Origin: Geosiphon pyriformis uo1
Taxonomy: Eukaryota; Fungi; Glomeromycota
Reading direction: 5' to 3'
DNA: 64,000 nucleotides
Assembly (NCBI GenBank): GCA_016748015.1
Contig: JAAOMT010000586.1
Span: 665,483 to 729,482 of the forward strand
The position numbers and the translations under genes were made by a program. Shown piece by piece: positions 13,084 through 23,364 of the stretch. How positions within the stretch are numbered: the stretch's first letter is position 1; each line of letters begins with the position of its first letter. The notes beneath the pieces were generated by a model. That model was not told the DNA's origin and made no database searches. It saw nothing but the letters and a program-made list of their open reading frames with translations.

Positions 13084-15013
13084 TGAGAAGTAAGAGGAGC
13101 TAACAAACCCAAACTAAAGCACAAGCAATCCAATCTTTTCAAAACTAATTCAATTAATACTTTCAAAGCCACCATCTTGGATTTTAACCCACCCATCTTA
13201 ATAATTAAAACTTTAGAACTACTTGAGCTAAAGTCAGCAATTATATTCACAATAACCAAATGAAGGGAGATGGAAAACATCAGCATATATCCAGAGTTAT
13301 ATTCAAATCCAAATTAAAAGCCAAAAATGCTAGAACAACCAAAGAGAATACATAAAACTTGGATGCCAAGAGCACTAATTCTACAAAGCTCAATTTTTTC
13401 ATAATAACAGAAACCTAATCTGCCAAAAGCTTTAAAAAGCATTTCAAAAAAGCCAAATGATCAACCAAACAGGAATCACTAAAAAGATTGAAAACCATTG
13501 GGATGGATTTTACATCCAAAAACAAATTAGTATCAAAGAATTCGATGAGATCACATAAAAGAAAAAATCACCAGCAATCTGGACCCAAGTCTTGCCACCA
13601 AAAAAAACCAGGTAAGCAATAAGGATCTGTTTTTTCTTATAAATGTTGGCCAAGTAGACACAATCCTAAAAAGTTACCATTCACTTATCATGACCACCAG
13701 GATTCTCACCTATTGTACAATCAACAAATATGTGACCAAATTGTTTACATTGAACACAACAGACCAAAAAAAAACCAGCCCAGTGCAAATTCACACTTTT
13801 AAACACTAAAGTAGTGTCAATAACAGCCAATTTGAACACCTCATTTTCAAAACACACTAGAGCACACCTATCACACACATATAAATTTGGATTATAGCCA
13901 ATGATGCAAGTTTTCTCACCATTAAAAACCAACAAATCAGATAAGTTATAAGCAGTGATGCCAACTAGAAGCATATATAACAAAGCCCAATACTGGTTTT
14001 TGGATACTTATGTTTGTTTGTTATCAATAGTTTTTGCTACATGAACAGAATTTTTTTCCATAAAAACAGACTATTTAGTTGTAACTGAATCAGTTATCTC
14101 AAATAATTCATATTCTATTAAAGCCTTTTGCCACAGACCAATCAATTATAATTTAATTGAAACAACCTTGCCAAATTTGAGAAAATTAACTGAAATCTCC
14201 TTAACAATTACTTTCTGATTTGATCAATTGTTTGGTTTTCTAATATTATTATTCACCAAAATTTTTTTATTAATAGCCATTTTCTTGGCTTTAATTAAAC
14301 TAAATTCAAAAGTAAAAAAAAAATCTAATAATGCCAGGAAATTTTGAAGGAGCAGATGTCTCCCAAAACTGTCAACTTGATAAAAAATATTTTTTCACAG
14401 CAATCAACTTGTTATTAATAGTTTTGTTAGATAAGGCAAATAGCTTAATATCCAATATAAATAACTTAACTGGATTAAAAATACATTTTTTTAATGCACA
14501 TAATCTGACAGAATGCAATTTTTTGGAGCCTGTAAACTTAAAAGATGGAAGAGCTACTATATTTTCATTATTACTCAAAATATTAAATAAAGAAGTTTTT
14601 GGAGGTTGATCTAATACATATGTATGAGTGCATATTTTTCTGGATGTAATATTGTTCTTTATGTTATTAACTACTGAAGTGTCTGAGTTAGTCTAACTAA
14701 TTTTTTCAGTAACAGTATTTTTTATGTTTTTTAAGTTCAACAGACCACTTATACTACTTGCTTCATTTTCTATTTTGCTACCCCAAGATTTTGAAAACTT
14801 GCCATCAACATTACCAATATCAGCCAGGCCCAACAGACCAACAGACAAGTTAACCACACTAATGCTGACTTTAAAATTCTTAGGCTTCTTGTAGGATGTA
14901 TTATGAGAATACACATTATTTATTCTCTTCTTTTTGGTATTAGGCCAGGTTTCTAACTCAACAGAAGTAGATCCAAAACTACCAGCAACAGAACTTGCTG
15001 GTTCTATGTTCAT
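13080..15013 (-). pseudogene. LINE ORF1 (gag-like, CCHC zinc knuckle), disrupted
   Basis: ORF fragments 14693..15073, 14372..14578, 13681..13983 (CVQCKQFGHIFVDC knuckle) and 13080..13286; many stops. Confidence 0.85.
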
Positions 15014-15214
15014 GAATAAAAGTACATCTGAAAAAATAGCTGAGAGTATAAAGGAAATAGAGAATAGTAACAACTTTCTCTTTAGTAATATCTCACTCTC
15101 ATTGTAATTAGGGGATCAATAAGAGAAAAATTTTTTTTTGCTTTAATCATAATCATGAAATTAAGAAGACAAAAATTTTAATAAAATATTAATCAGTTTT
15201 TTTTTGTTTTTTAA

Positions 15215-15467
15215 TTATTTATTTTATTTTATTATTAAAAGTTTTTTACCAAATTATTTTATGTTTTTATTTTACTTTTAGTTTTTTTAAATTAATTAAT
15301 AATTTTTATTATTTTTTATATTATTTTATGTTATTTTTAATTATTTAATAATATTATTAAGTATTTTATATTATTGTTAATTATTTTATATTATTTTGTA
15401 TTATTTTATATATTATATATTAATTATGTTTTTTTGTAATTAATTAATTTTTTTTATTTAGATAATA
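15215..15467 (-). repeat. Decayed fragment of a family-D-like LTR
   Basis: TATTTTATAT-type tandem repeats and the terminus TTTTTTATTTAGATAATA resemble a C>T/G>A-decayed version of 53150..53401 (TATTCTGTGT repeats, TTTTTCTACTCGGGTAATA). Confidence 0.4.
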
Positions 15468-15861
15468 ATATTAAAATTAGATTATTTGGTTTTTTAATAT
15501 AAAATGTTTTTATTTTTTTTCTTAATATTTTTTTAAATTTAATATTAGTCTTAAAAATTTTGTATTTTATTTTATTAAAATTGTTGTTTTTTTGGTTTTT
15601 TTATTTGTTGTTTTTATTAATTTTGTTTAAATTAGTTTTTTTGGAATTTAATTTAATTAAAGCTGGTATTATTGGTTAAATTTATTATTAAATTTATTAA
15701 TGCTTTGATTTTTTGATTATAAAATTAATTAATGTTTTTTTTGAATATTAAAATAAATAAAAAATTTTGTAATTAAAAAAAATATTAATATTTTCAAAAA
15801 AATTGCTAGTAATTTGAATAAAAAAATTATTAATTTTAAAATAAAATATTTATTTAATAAT

Positions 15862-16823
15862 TGTTTGAGAAGACACTGTTTTGTGGCTAGTAGTAATATT
15901 GTTTTTGGTAACTTTAGATATTTTGTTTGTGATATTTTTAGATCTGTTTATCATGTATACTAAAAGGTTGGTTCTGGTTCTAAGGTTCTGACAGATTTTT
16001 TAGTGTGACATTCTGATTTATACATGGCTGCAGATTTTACAAACAAATCCTCTGCCAGCATATACACTTATTTTATGAAGACTTTACATTATTGGCTGTC
16101 TATTATTGTTTAAAAACACTTGTATAACAGATATTATCCTAGTGTGTTATGTTTGTATTGTGGTAATATTAAGATTTTAGATCATGTATTCTTTTGTAAA
16201 GCTAATAGTTCTATCTGTTGCCAATTGTTAAATGCTTATGCAACTTACTGAGGGGTGCTTTTTGATCTTTTTCACTTGTCTTTTCATGTTTTATAGCTTC
16301 TGTTATCTTACATTTCTGATGCCTTTGTGTATATGGCTCTTTGTAAAGATTTTGTTTTTGAAGGTTGGCTTCATAAGACTATTTATGTCTTCTGTAATCT
16401 CAGAGTTGCAAGTCAAAAAGTTGTAGAATTTTTGCATGCTTTTTGTCTTGCTTTTAGAGATGATATCTGGTCAGTCTATACTAAGCATTATGCTTTTATA
16501 GAAAAGAATAAACTGATTCTACTTGATAGTTTGGCTTCTGTTTCAGTTTTTGGACTTTTTTTGGAATTTTCTGCTGGTGTCATTAAGTTGCTTGGGATTT
16601 CTAAAATATTTGGTGTTTGTTTTGGTTTTTGTAAATCTTGCTTATTTTTTTTAGATGTTTATAACATGACTTCGATTTACATAGTTGTTTAGTGTAGTCC
16701 TGATCAGCCCAAGTGGCTGGTCATATATAATAAGAACATAATTCACACTTAGTTTAGATTACTTATATAATATATGGTATTAAGTAGTATTTGGACTTTA
16801 TTCATAAAGCACAATAAAAAAAA
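15862..16823 (+). mobile_element. 5'-truncated LINE insertion (last ~960 bp)
   Basis: ORF2 C-terminus (CLYCG..DHVFFC; ALCKDFVF..). 3' UTR hairpin TGATCAGCCCAAGTGGCTGGTCA, poly(A), and 10-bp TSD ATTTAATAAT at 15852..15861 and 16824..16833. Confidence 0.9.
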
Positions 16824-18760
16824 ATTTAATAATAATATATTTAATATAAATTTAGATTTTATTATTAATAAAAATTTTTTTGTTAAGATAATAAGATTTT
16901 AAAAATTATAAACTCTTAATATCGAATTTAATACAAATAAAACTATTGTATAATTAACTGGTTTGGTTTTTAGTAATAATAATTCGGTTATTATTATGTA
17001 AAAAATAATTGTTTTAAATAAGTTTGCTTTTGTAAATTTAATTTAGTTTAGTTTTAACTAGTTTAAATAGTTAATTATATATAAAAATACAAAATTACAT
17101 ATATTTTAAAGTATTTTTTTACTATATTATATTTTATAATAATAAAATTATATTTTATCAAAGATTAATAAATAAAAATAAAAATAATTGTTAATTATTA
17201 AAACAAAACAAAATAAAACAAATTATATTATTGTATTATTTAAATTAATAAAAAATATTGTTAATTTTGATAATATTTAGAAAATTATTATTAAATATGA
17301 TTATTTTTTATAATATTTAACACTTACAATTTAATAAGTCAATTTATATTAATAGTAGATTAGTTATTAATAATTTTTTTTACAATTTAGGCTGTTTAAA
17401 TTTAACAATATAATTTAATAATAAAATATTTTAGATAACTTAATTATTATATATTAAAATATAAATTATGTTAAAAACAATATATAATTAGCTACTTAAA
17501 TTAAATATAAATAACAAATTCTGTGTTTCTATTTTGTTAATATAATAATTTATATAATTAATGTTTTTAATAAATTTACTTAACTACAATTTTATTTTAA
17601 ACATTAATTTTTTTAAAATCTGTTATTTTTAAAAAAAAATAATCACAAAAATACAAAATATGCCAAAAAAAGTCAAAAAAATATTTTTAATACTTTAATT
17701 AATTGGTTTTATCATTTTAAAAAGAAACCAAAAACTTTTTTTCTTAAATAAAAAATAAAAAAATTACTTGTTGGTTGATTGGTCAATGATAAAAAACGTG
17801 ATATAAAATATTAATCAGGAAATCGATACTAAATCAATTATATACGAAAATAATGAAAAATTTTAAAATGGTAATTATTTTTGAGAACATTTTTAAAATT
17901 ATTGTTTAAATTAATTATTGAGACAACCAAGTTTACGCTCAAGCATTTATAGCAATTAATTTATTTCGCTGCTCTTAATAACCACAATGATTTTTATTGA
18001 TTCAAAAATTTAGAACCCTTGTTGAACCTACTGATGAAAAGGATTTAAGAAATCCAAAATAGGGCAAGACAACCTTTCTATTGGAAAGGAGTAGATTTGT
18101 GCCAAAGAGCTAAAAAAAAGAATACTTTTTCTAGCTCTTTGACTCGGCAGTTTTTGTTAACCGATATATAGTCTTAAGAATATCGTGATGTATTTTCATT
18201 CAATTTCGACCAAGATTGGAAGTTAAACGTTCAACAACATTGTGCATCATTTTGGTAACTAAATGATTTTCAAGGATTACATTTACCGTGACTTTTATTA
18301 GTCGTCTTGCCGGGATTCACCATTGCTTTAGAGGTTGTTCAAAAACTTTGAAATTTTATTTATGTCATAAATTTTGGTCTTTCGAAGCAATCATTTCAAT
18401 AGTATAATTTACAATGCTCGAAATTTTGCCCTAAATAATACAGATGACTTGATTGGGGGCATTCCAATCACTTCATTTCGCTTTGCTTTTTTTATTAGAA
18501 TCTAGCAACTATTGGTCGAAAAGAACGACAAAGATAATACTTCTACGACGATAGTATGATGGTAATGGGAAGGGTTGGTTTATCAAATAAGCGAAAGGGT
18601 ACGTTAAGCAAATGTTTATCCAAGCCTATTTTATTTGAGAGAAGGTATTGTTTGTGGGGAAATTAAAGAATGTGATCATAATTTTTTAAAAAATGTCAAT
18701 TTTGTCGAACTTGTTTATCAAATGTTCTCTAAAATGTGTACCAATTATACAATGTATGAA

Positions 18761-19210
18761 TTATAAAGCTTTTCTATGGTTCTTGGCACGACCACCTAAA
18801 GCCGACCATTCGGTCAATAATTCTCGCTTCACATCTGGCTGCGTCAAGAATTCATGTAACTCTTCTCCGGTGCTTCGTGCCTGTGGATCGACCGTGATGC
18901 ATCGAAAAAGCAAATGCCTTGACCAGGTTCCTGGTACAGACCTCTCAATGTGAAATTCGATCTTTGTGCTGTCAGACACGATAGCTCGAAGTCCTTTTAG
19001 GTCGGTATCTAGAATACCGGACCAAGGGGCCTGTCCCGAAAATATTCGCCATATTAAAATTCCAAGCGAGTATATATCTTCTGCAAAAGGATCTATAGGG
19101 TGCGGGAGGAACTCGGAATCATTCTTTGTGCGTGGTAAAGTAGCGATTGACCTGCGATATGAATTGATTGATAGATCGTGATTTAGGATTGAACAAAGTG
19201 TAAGTATTTT

Positions 19211-19265
<55 letters not shown>

Positions 19266-22200
19266 CATCATTATCATTATCATAAAATATATTGATTTCT
19301 CCAAAAAACCATACCTATACAATTTATATCCATGATCCGGAATCGTTCGAATCCTTGGTAGGATGTCAATAGTTTCATCGGCAACCTCACCAACCGACCA
19401 ACGTCTGACATCTTGCATATGAACAAACACTGCCTTTCCGAAATCGATAATCACCAATTCGGGTAGGGCACTACCATCCGGTAATTTTTCTTCCAACTTC
19501 TCGGAGACCATCATATTGACCTCACTGAGATCTCGATGAGCGAAGCCGGCGCCGTGAATTGATCTTATTCCATTAACCATATCAAGGATTAGCTTATACT
19601 TTTGCTCGGCCGTCAATAGACGACGAGCATTAAAAGCATATTCTTTCAGTGTCTGCTCATATCTAATATCGAAATCCATTGCAATTAAGAAAGGTTTGGT
19701 ATTAATTTATGTTTGATAATGTTGATTAAGAAGCCTACACGAATCAAGAGAATCTTGATAAGTTCCGAATATACCTTTTCATTGACAAACCCACCAATTC
19801 CTCCTCTGCACCCTTGTAAATTGATATGATCTGGCCGGTATTTTCCAACCCTTTTGTTTTCCTGAGAAATAAATGATCAGCAAAGTTATTGATGATGAAT
19901 AAATTCAACGGAAATCATACTTTTATTTTCCCTTGAATAATTAATATATTTCAGGAATTACTTACAGACAGCATACAGTTTCAGTGATTCTCGTACCCAA
20001 CGTCTGCTCACCGATTTCCTTGAAATTTTGAACCACGAAACTCTCATCGGTTTGAACGTGGAATACTCGTTTGAAAAATCCCTCGGCTTCAACATTTATG
20101 CAGTCCCCGATCGATTCAAAACTCTCAAAGGGAACATCATGCAATTCTGCCTCTTTTAAATAGAAGAATGAACGTCGAATCGGTTCTAAAAGATAAATTT
20201 ATCAAATATAAAAAGTATATATACCTGCACACAAGTTTTGCCATATATTTTTTGTTTCAGAAGCTGCATCGTTTTGATGCGATAGTCCGAGTATTGACAT
20301 GAAGGCCAAGTGACGCTCGGCGGTAACCATTTTTTGATCATACTTGCTGACCAAATAGGGAGTCCGTAGACAACCATGATAAAATTTTGAGGACATTGGT
20401 AAATTAAGGATGACCCGATTGATGATAGCACATCGTATCCATGACCTGGCATCGGCCAATTCCGGAAAGTCAAGCGTATCTAAATCATGCCGACGCCCAA
20501 AGGGTTTTGCTATTAAAGCTTTGCAAGTAACAGTTTCTTTACTCTTGTTCCATACTATTGAAGATAAGATCACCAAAAGCGCATCAGGATTATCTCGACA
20601 TCGTTCTATTGCCGTACGACCTCCAGAAATGTACATTCTGACAAAATTTCGGGAAAGTTGAGAAGGCTCAAATCTCATTGGTGGTATCCGTTTCTCGGAG
20701 AAAATTTCAAGGAGTGGACGACTTAAAGGATCGAATCGTTCAGCAGCCGCTTGTGATAATCTTTGGTTAGCTTTTTTATTCTCTTCGTAGGTTACGATTG
20801 GCATGATGTAAATAGTGCTGAAATGATGAAATCCACTTTTAACGGAAACTTCACGATATCGAAGAAAGATTAAATAAAGGTTGGCGTATATTTTACCTGC
20901 CAATATGAGCATTTACCCTTGATAACCTGAAATCTTCATGCGGAAGACGCACTTGTTCGGGCGTTATCGGCTCTGGGGGGTTAGGATCTCCAAACAAATA
21001 GGCACTGAATAGAATTGGATGAAAAGATTTGGATTTAAGAAATCTAGAATCGAATTAAATCGAATCGAACCAAACCAAATCAAGTCAAATCAAAAGAAAA
21101 GAAAAGAAAGGAAAGGTAATCCAAAGATACCTAATCTTTGGAACCAATTGTTTAAAGGTGATGGCCATTTGTTTAGCCTCTTCATAAATAACATCATTTT
21201 CCCGATGAAAAGCAAAAGCATTGTACATAATTTGACAAATATCGGCGTATAAATCGTTTGGGGTGTTGTATTTTCGAGCCCAAAGTTTCTGTTCAGCCGT
21301 AGTCAGATCCATAAGATCTTTGATTAGACTTCGGTATACCAGAGCATCTTCTGCTTCAGGATTAACGAAAGGACGTGCAGATGCATGAGATAATAATTGA
21401 TCAAATAAAAATGTCCCAACACGTAGCATTTCTTCTTTTGTTATGGGTCGAGCTGGACGTTGAATAGATTCAAAATAAAAACGTAAATCCTGTTCTGGGC
21501 TCAAGACTGAATAGGAGGGTTGAGGGAAAAAAGGGAGGTCGATAAATTTTGGTAAAGATTTTTCGAGGAGTTTCTCTACATTCTTTGGTTTCTCCAGTCT
21601 TTTGAATGGCTTAGCGGAGATATTTGATCGTTTAACTATAAGCTTTGATGGATTACCGTTAGGATAGTGTGAAGAAAGGATTTTATGTTTTTTGTATATC
21701 CTTTTAGGAGGCTTCATATCAGTTGTTGAAGATTGATTTCTTCGAGGGAAATCAATTATTTCCTCTTCAGAGGAATCCAACATTCTCTTTTTAGCACGAG
21801 GGGAAGATAATTTGGCTTCAATGATTTTTTTTTGATGTTGTTTTACTGTAGACTTCTTTGGTCTTCCACCACCCCTCTTTTTCGAGGGAAGGGATTGTTC
21901 CTCAACGAGGATCACCGTTTTATCGGCGGTATGGAGTGGTAATGGTAGTGGTAATGGTGATGGTGTTGTTGGTGTTTGTTCAAAGTGAGAATAAGAACAG
22001 TTATAGAGTTGAGAGTTTATTGGAGGTGGAGGTGGTGGTGGTGTTAAGGTTGTGTCAGGTGATAAAAGATGAGAATAGGGCTGTTGGGTAGTAGTGTTCA
22101 ATAGCTCAGGATCTATTTGAGAAATATCAAGCCGTTCGACGTCATATTGTATTAGCCGAGGGTCAATCTCTATACTTTGAACTTCTAAAGTTGGAGTTTG

Positions 22201-22761
22201 AAAAGAGTTAAAAGAAGACTTTGAAAAGTCTTTTCCCACTTCTATTTGTTGTTGTTCAGAGATCTCTTCCTGTTCAATTTCTTCCTCTTCTGTTCCACAG
22301 AACATATGAGGTTCAAACTTTGGACCTTGACGTTGACAGTCGTTAGATAAAACTGACCAAGAAGTTCCTGGAAGCATAGAAATATATTCGTTCGTTGAGG
22401 ATAAGTCCACGAGTGGAGTGTGGGTTTGAACTGTTCCCATATTTGAAGGTGTTCTCGCGGTTGGACTACCAATGTTACTACTATTGCTAGACTCGCTGGT
22501 ACTATTGCTACTAATACTACTATTACTAGTACTACTACAACCAACACCGACACCACCACCACTACCAACGTTAATAGAGCGACGACTACTGGCGGTGCTG
22601 TCGTTAGTTGACTCGAAGTCAGTTTCCGAGTTTGTCACCTTTGAACCGACGTTATTATTAATAAGTTGTTGGTTATTAGTTTGAAGGTGGATGTTATTGA
22701 CTTTGACAGGATCAGAACGACGACTTTGGCGATTCTTTTGTTTCTGTAAGACTGGAGGCAT
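18761..22761 (-). CDS. Bromodomain-containing atypical protein kinase, 7 exons (22761-21131, 21004-20897, 20817-20225, 20185 or 20152-19966, 19861-19775, 19662-19315, 19151-18761), ~1115-1125 aa
   Basis: All six introns are GT-AG and the phases join into one open frame; the intron 3 acceptor is ambiguous (39 or 72 nt). Bromodomain motifs ARPFVNP..Y..LIKDLMDLTT..KY..NA..IYEEA. Kinase motifs HRDLSEVN, IIDFGKA, EDIYSLGILIW and DPQARST. CpG retained, no disablements. Confidence 0.88.
18800..20100 (-). other. Protein kinase domain, exons 4-7
   Basis: Gly-loop-like EAEGFFKRVF, beta3 FVVQNFK, HRD-x-x-x-x-N, DFG, subdomain IX Asp and subdomain XI Arg. Confidence 0.9.
19212..19283. repeat. (TAT)n/(CAT)n microsatellite in intron 6
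   Basis: Direct reading; it produces the spurious poly-Ile tail of ORF 19119..19679. Confidence 0.97.
21140..21440 (-). other. Bromodomain (non-canonical) in exon 1
   Basis: Four-helix pattern with ZA-loop PFxxP, the conserved Tyr and MDL. The NAxxYN motif reads NAFAFH. Confidence 0.85.
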
Positions 22762-23282
22762 AATATTTTACAAAAATTTGAGTTTTTTTTTTTTTTTGAG
22801 TATTCTTTTTACAATATTCAAAGTAAGAAAGTCTTTTAACTCAAGACTATATATATATATGTATTTTTTTGAAACGTTTTTTTTTTACGTTTCTTGATAA
22901 AATAAAAATTGAGTAGAAACTTGAATATGATAAAATATTCCTGTAATAAAGTTTTTTGCAAAAGAAACTTTAGAACGAGTAAAGAGGTTTTGAACTTGCC
23001 GGTAATATATCCGAAATAATACGATAGGATTCGGAAGGGGGAAATTAAAAATATTGCAATTGATTTGATAAGTAATGAAATGAGAAATGAGTTGTTAAAT
23101 AACTTTTGGTTTTTTTTAATGTAGGAAAGGATAAGTTTTTTGAAATATAATAAAAGATAGCTTTGAGGCGCGTGCTAAGATGGTAGAAATTTTTTTTTTT
23201 TGAAACTTGAAAGATGTTAATGATTTGATGACCTGGTAACTTAAAAAAAATGATGAACAATACACAAAGTATCATCATACCG

Positions 23283-23364
23283 TTTCCTTTTCTTTTTCCT
23301 TTTCCTTTCCCTTCCCCTCTCCTTTTCCTTTACCCTTTCCTTCTCCTTTTTCCCTTTCCCTCCT
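23283..23364. promoter_or_regulatory. ~80-bp pure polypyrimidine/polypurine tract upstream of the kinase gene
   Basis: TTTCCTT-type repeats, essentially only C/T on the + strand, ~520 bp upstream of the ATG at 22761. A regulatory role is inferred. Confidence 0.45.

Larger units (their letters stand above)
8265..15133 (-). mobile_element. Full-length LINE (6.9 kb), mutated, inserted into the HAL1-like element
   Basis: 14-bp TSD TTTTTTGCTTTAAT at 8251..8264 and 15134..15147; poly(A) tail at ~8265..8273; two ORFs; the 5' terminus ACTCTCATT..GGGGATCAA is shared with the copy ending at ~45587. Confidence 0.93.

Noticed and set aside
18025-18100. Hammerhead ribozyme or C/D snoRNA suggested by CTGATGA followed by a hairpin
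   Set aside because: No GAAA adjacent to stem II, three extra As after the core, no stem III/UH cleavage site, and no downstream CTGA D box.
19119-19314. Poly-Ile transmembrane-like tail of ORF 19119..19679
   Set aside because: Read-through into the (TAA)n microsatellite of intron 6; splicing at 19315/19151 restores kinase subdomains VIII-XI.
21858-22897. Hydrophobic ORFs 21858..22091, 22242..22568, 22472..22684 and 22691..22897
   Set aside because: Antisense or alternative-frame shadows of the low-complexity exon 1.
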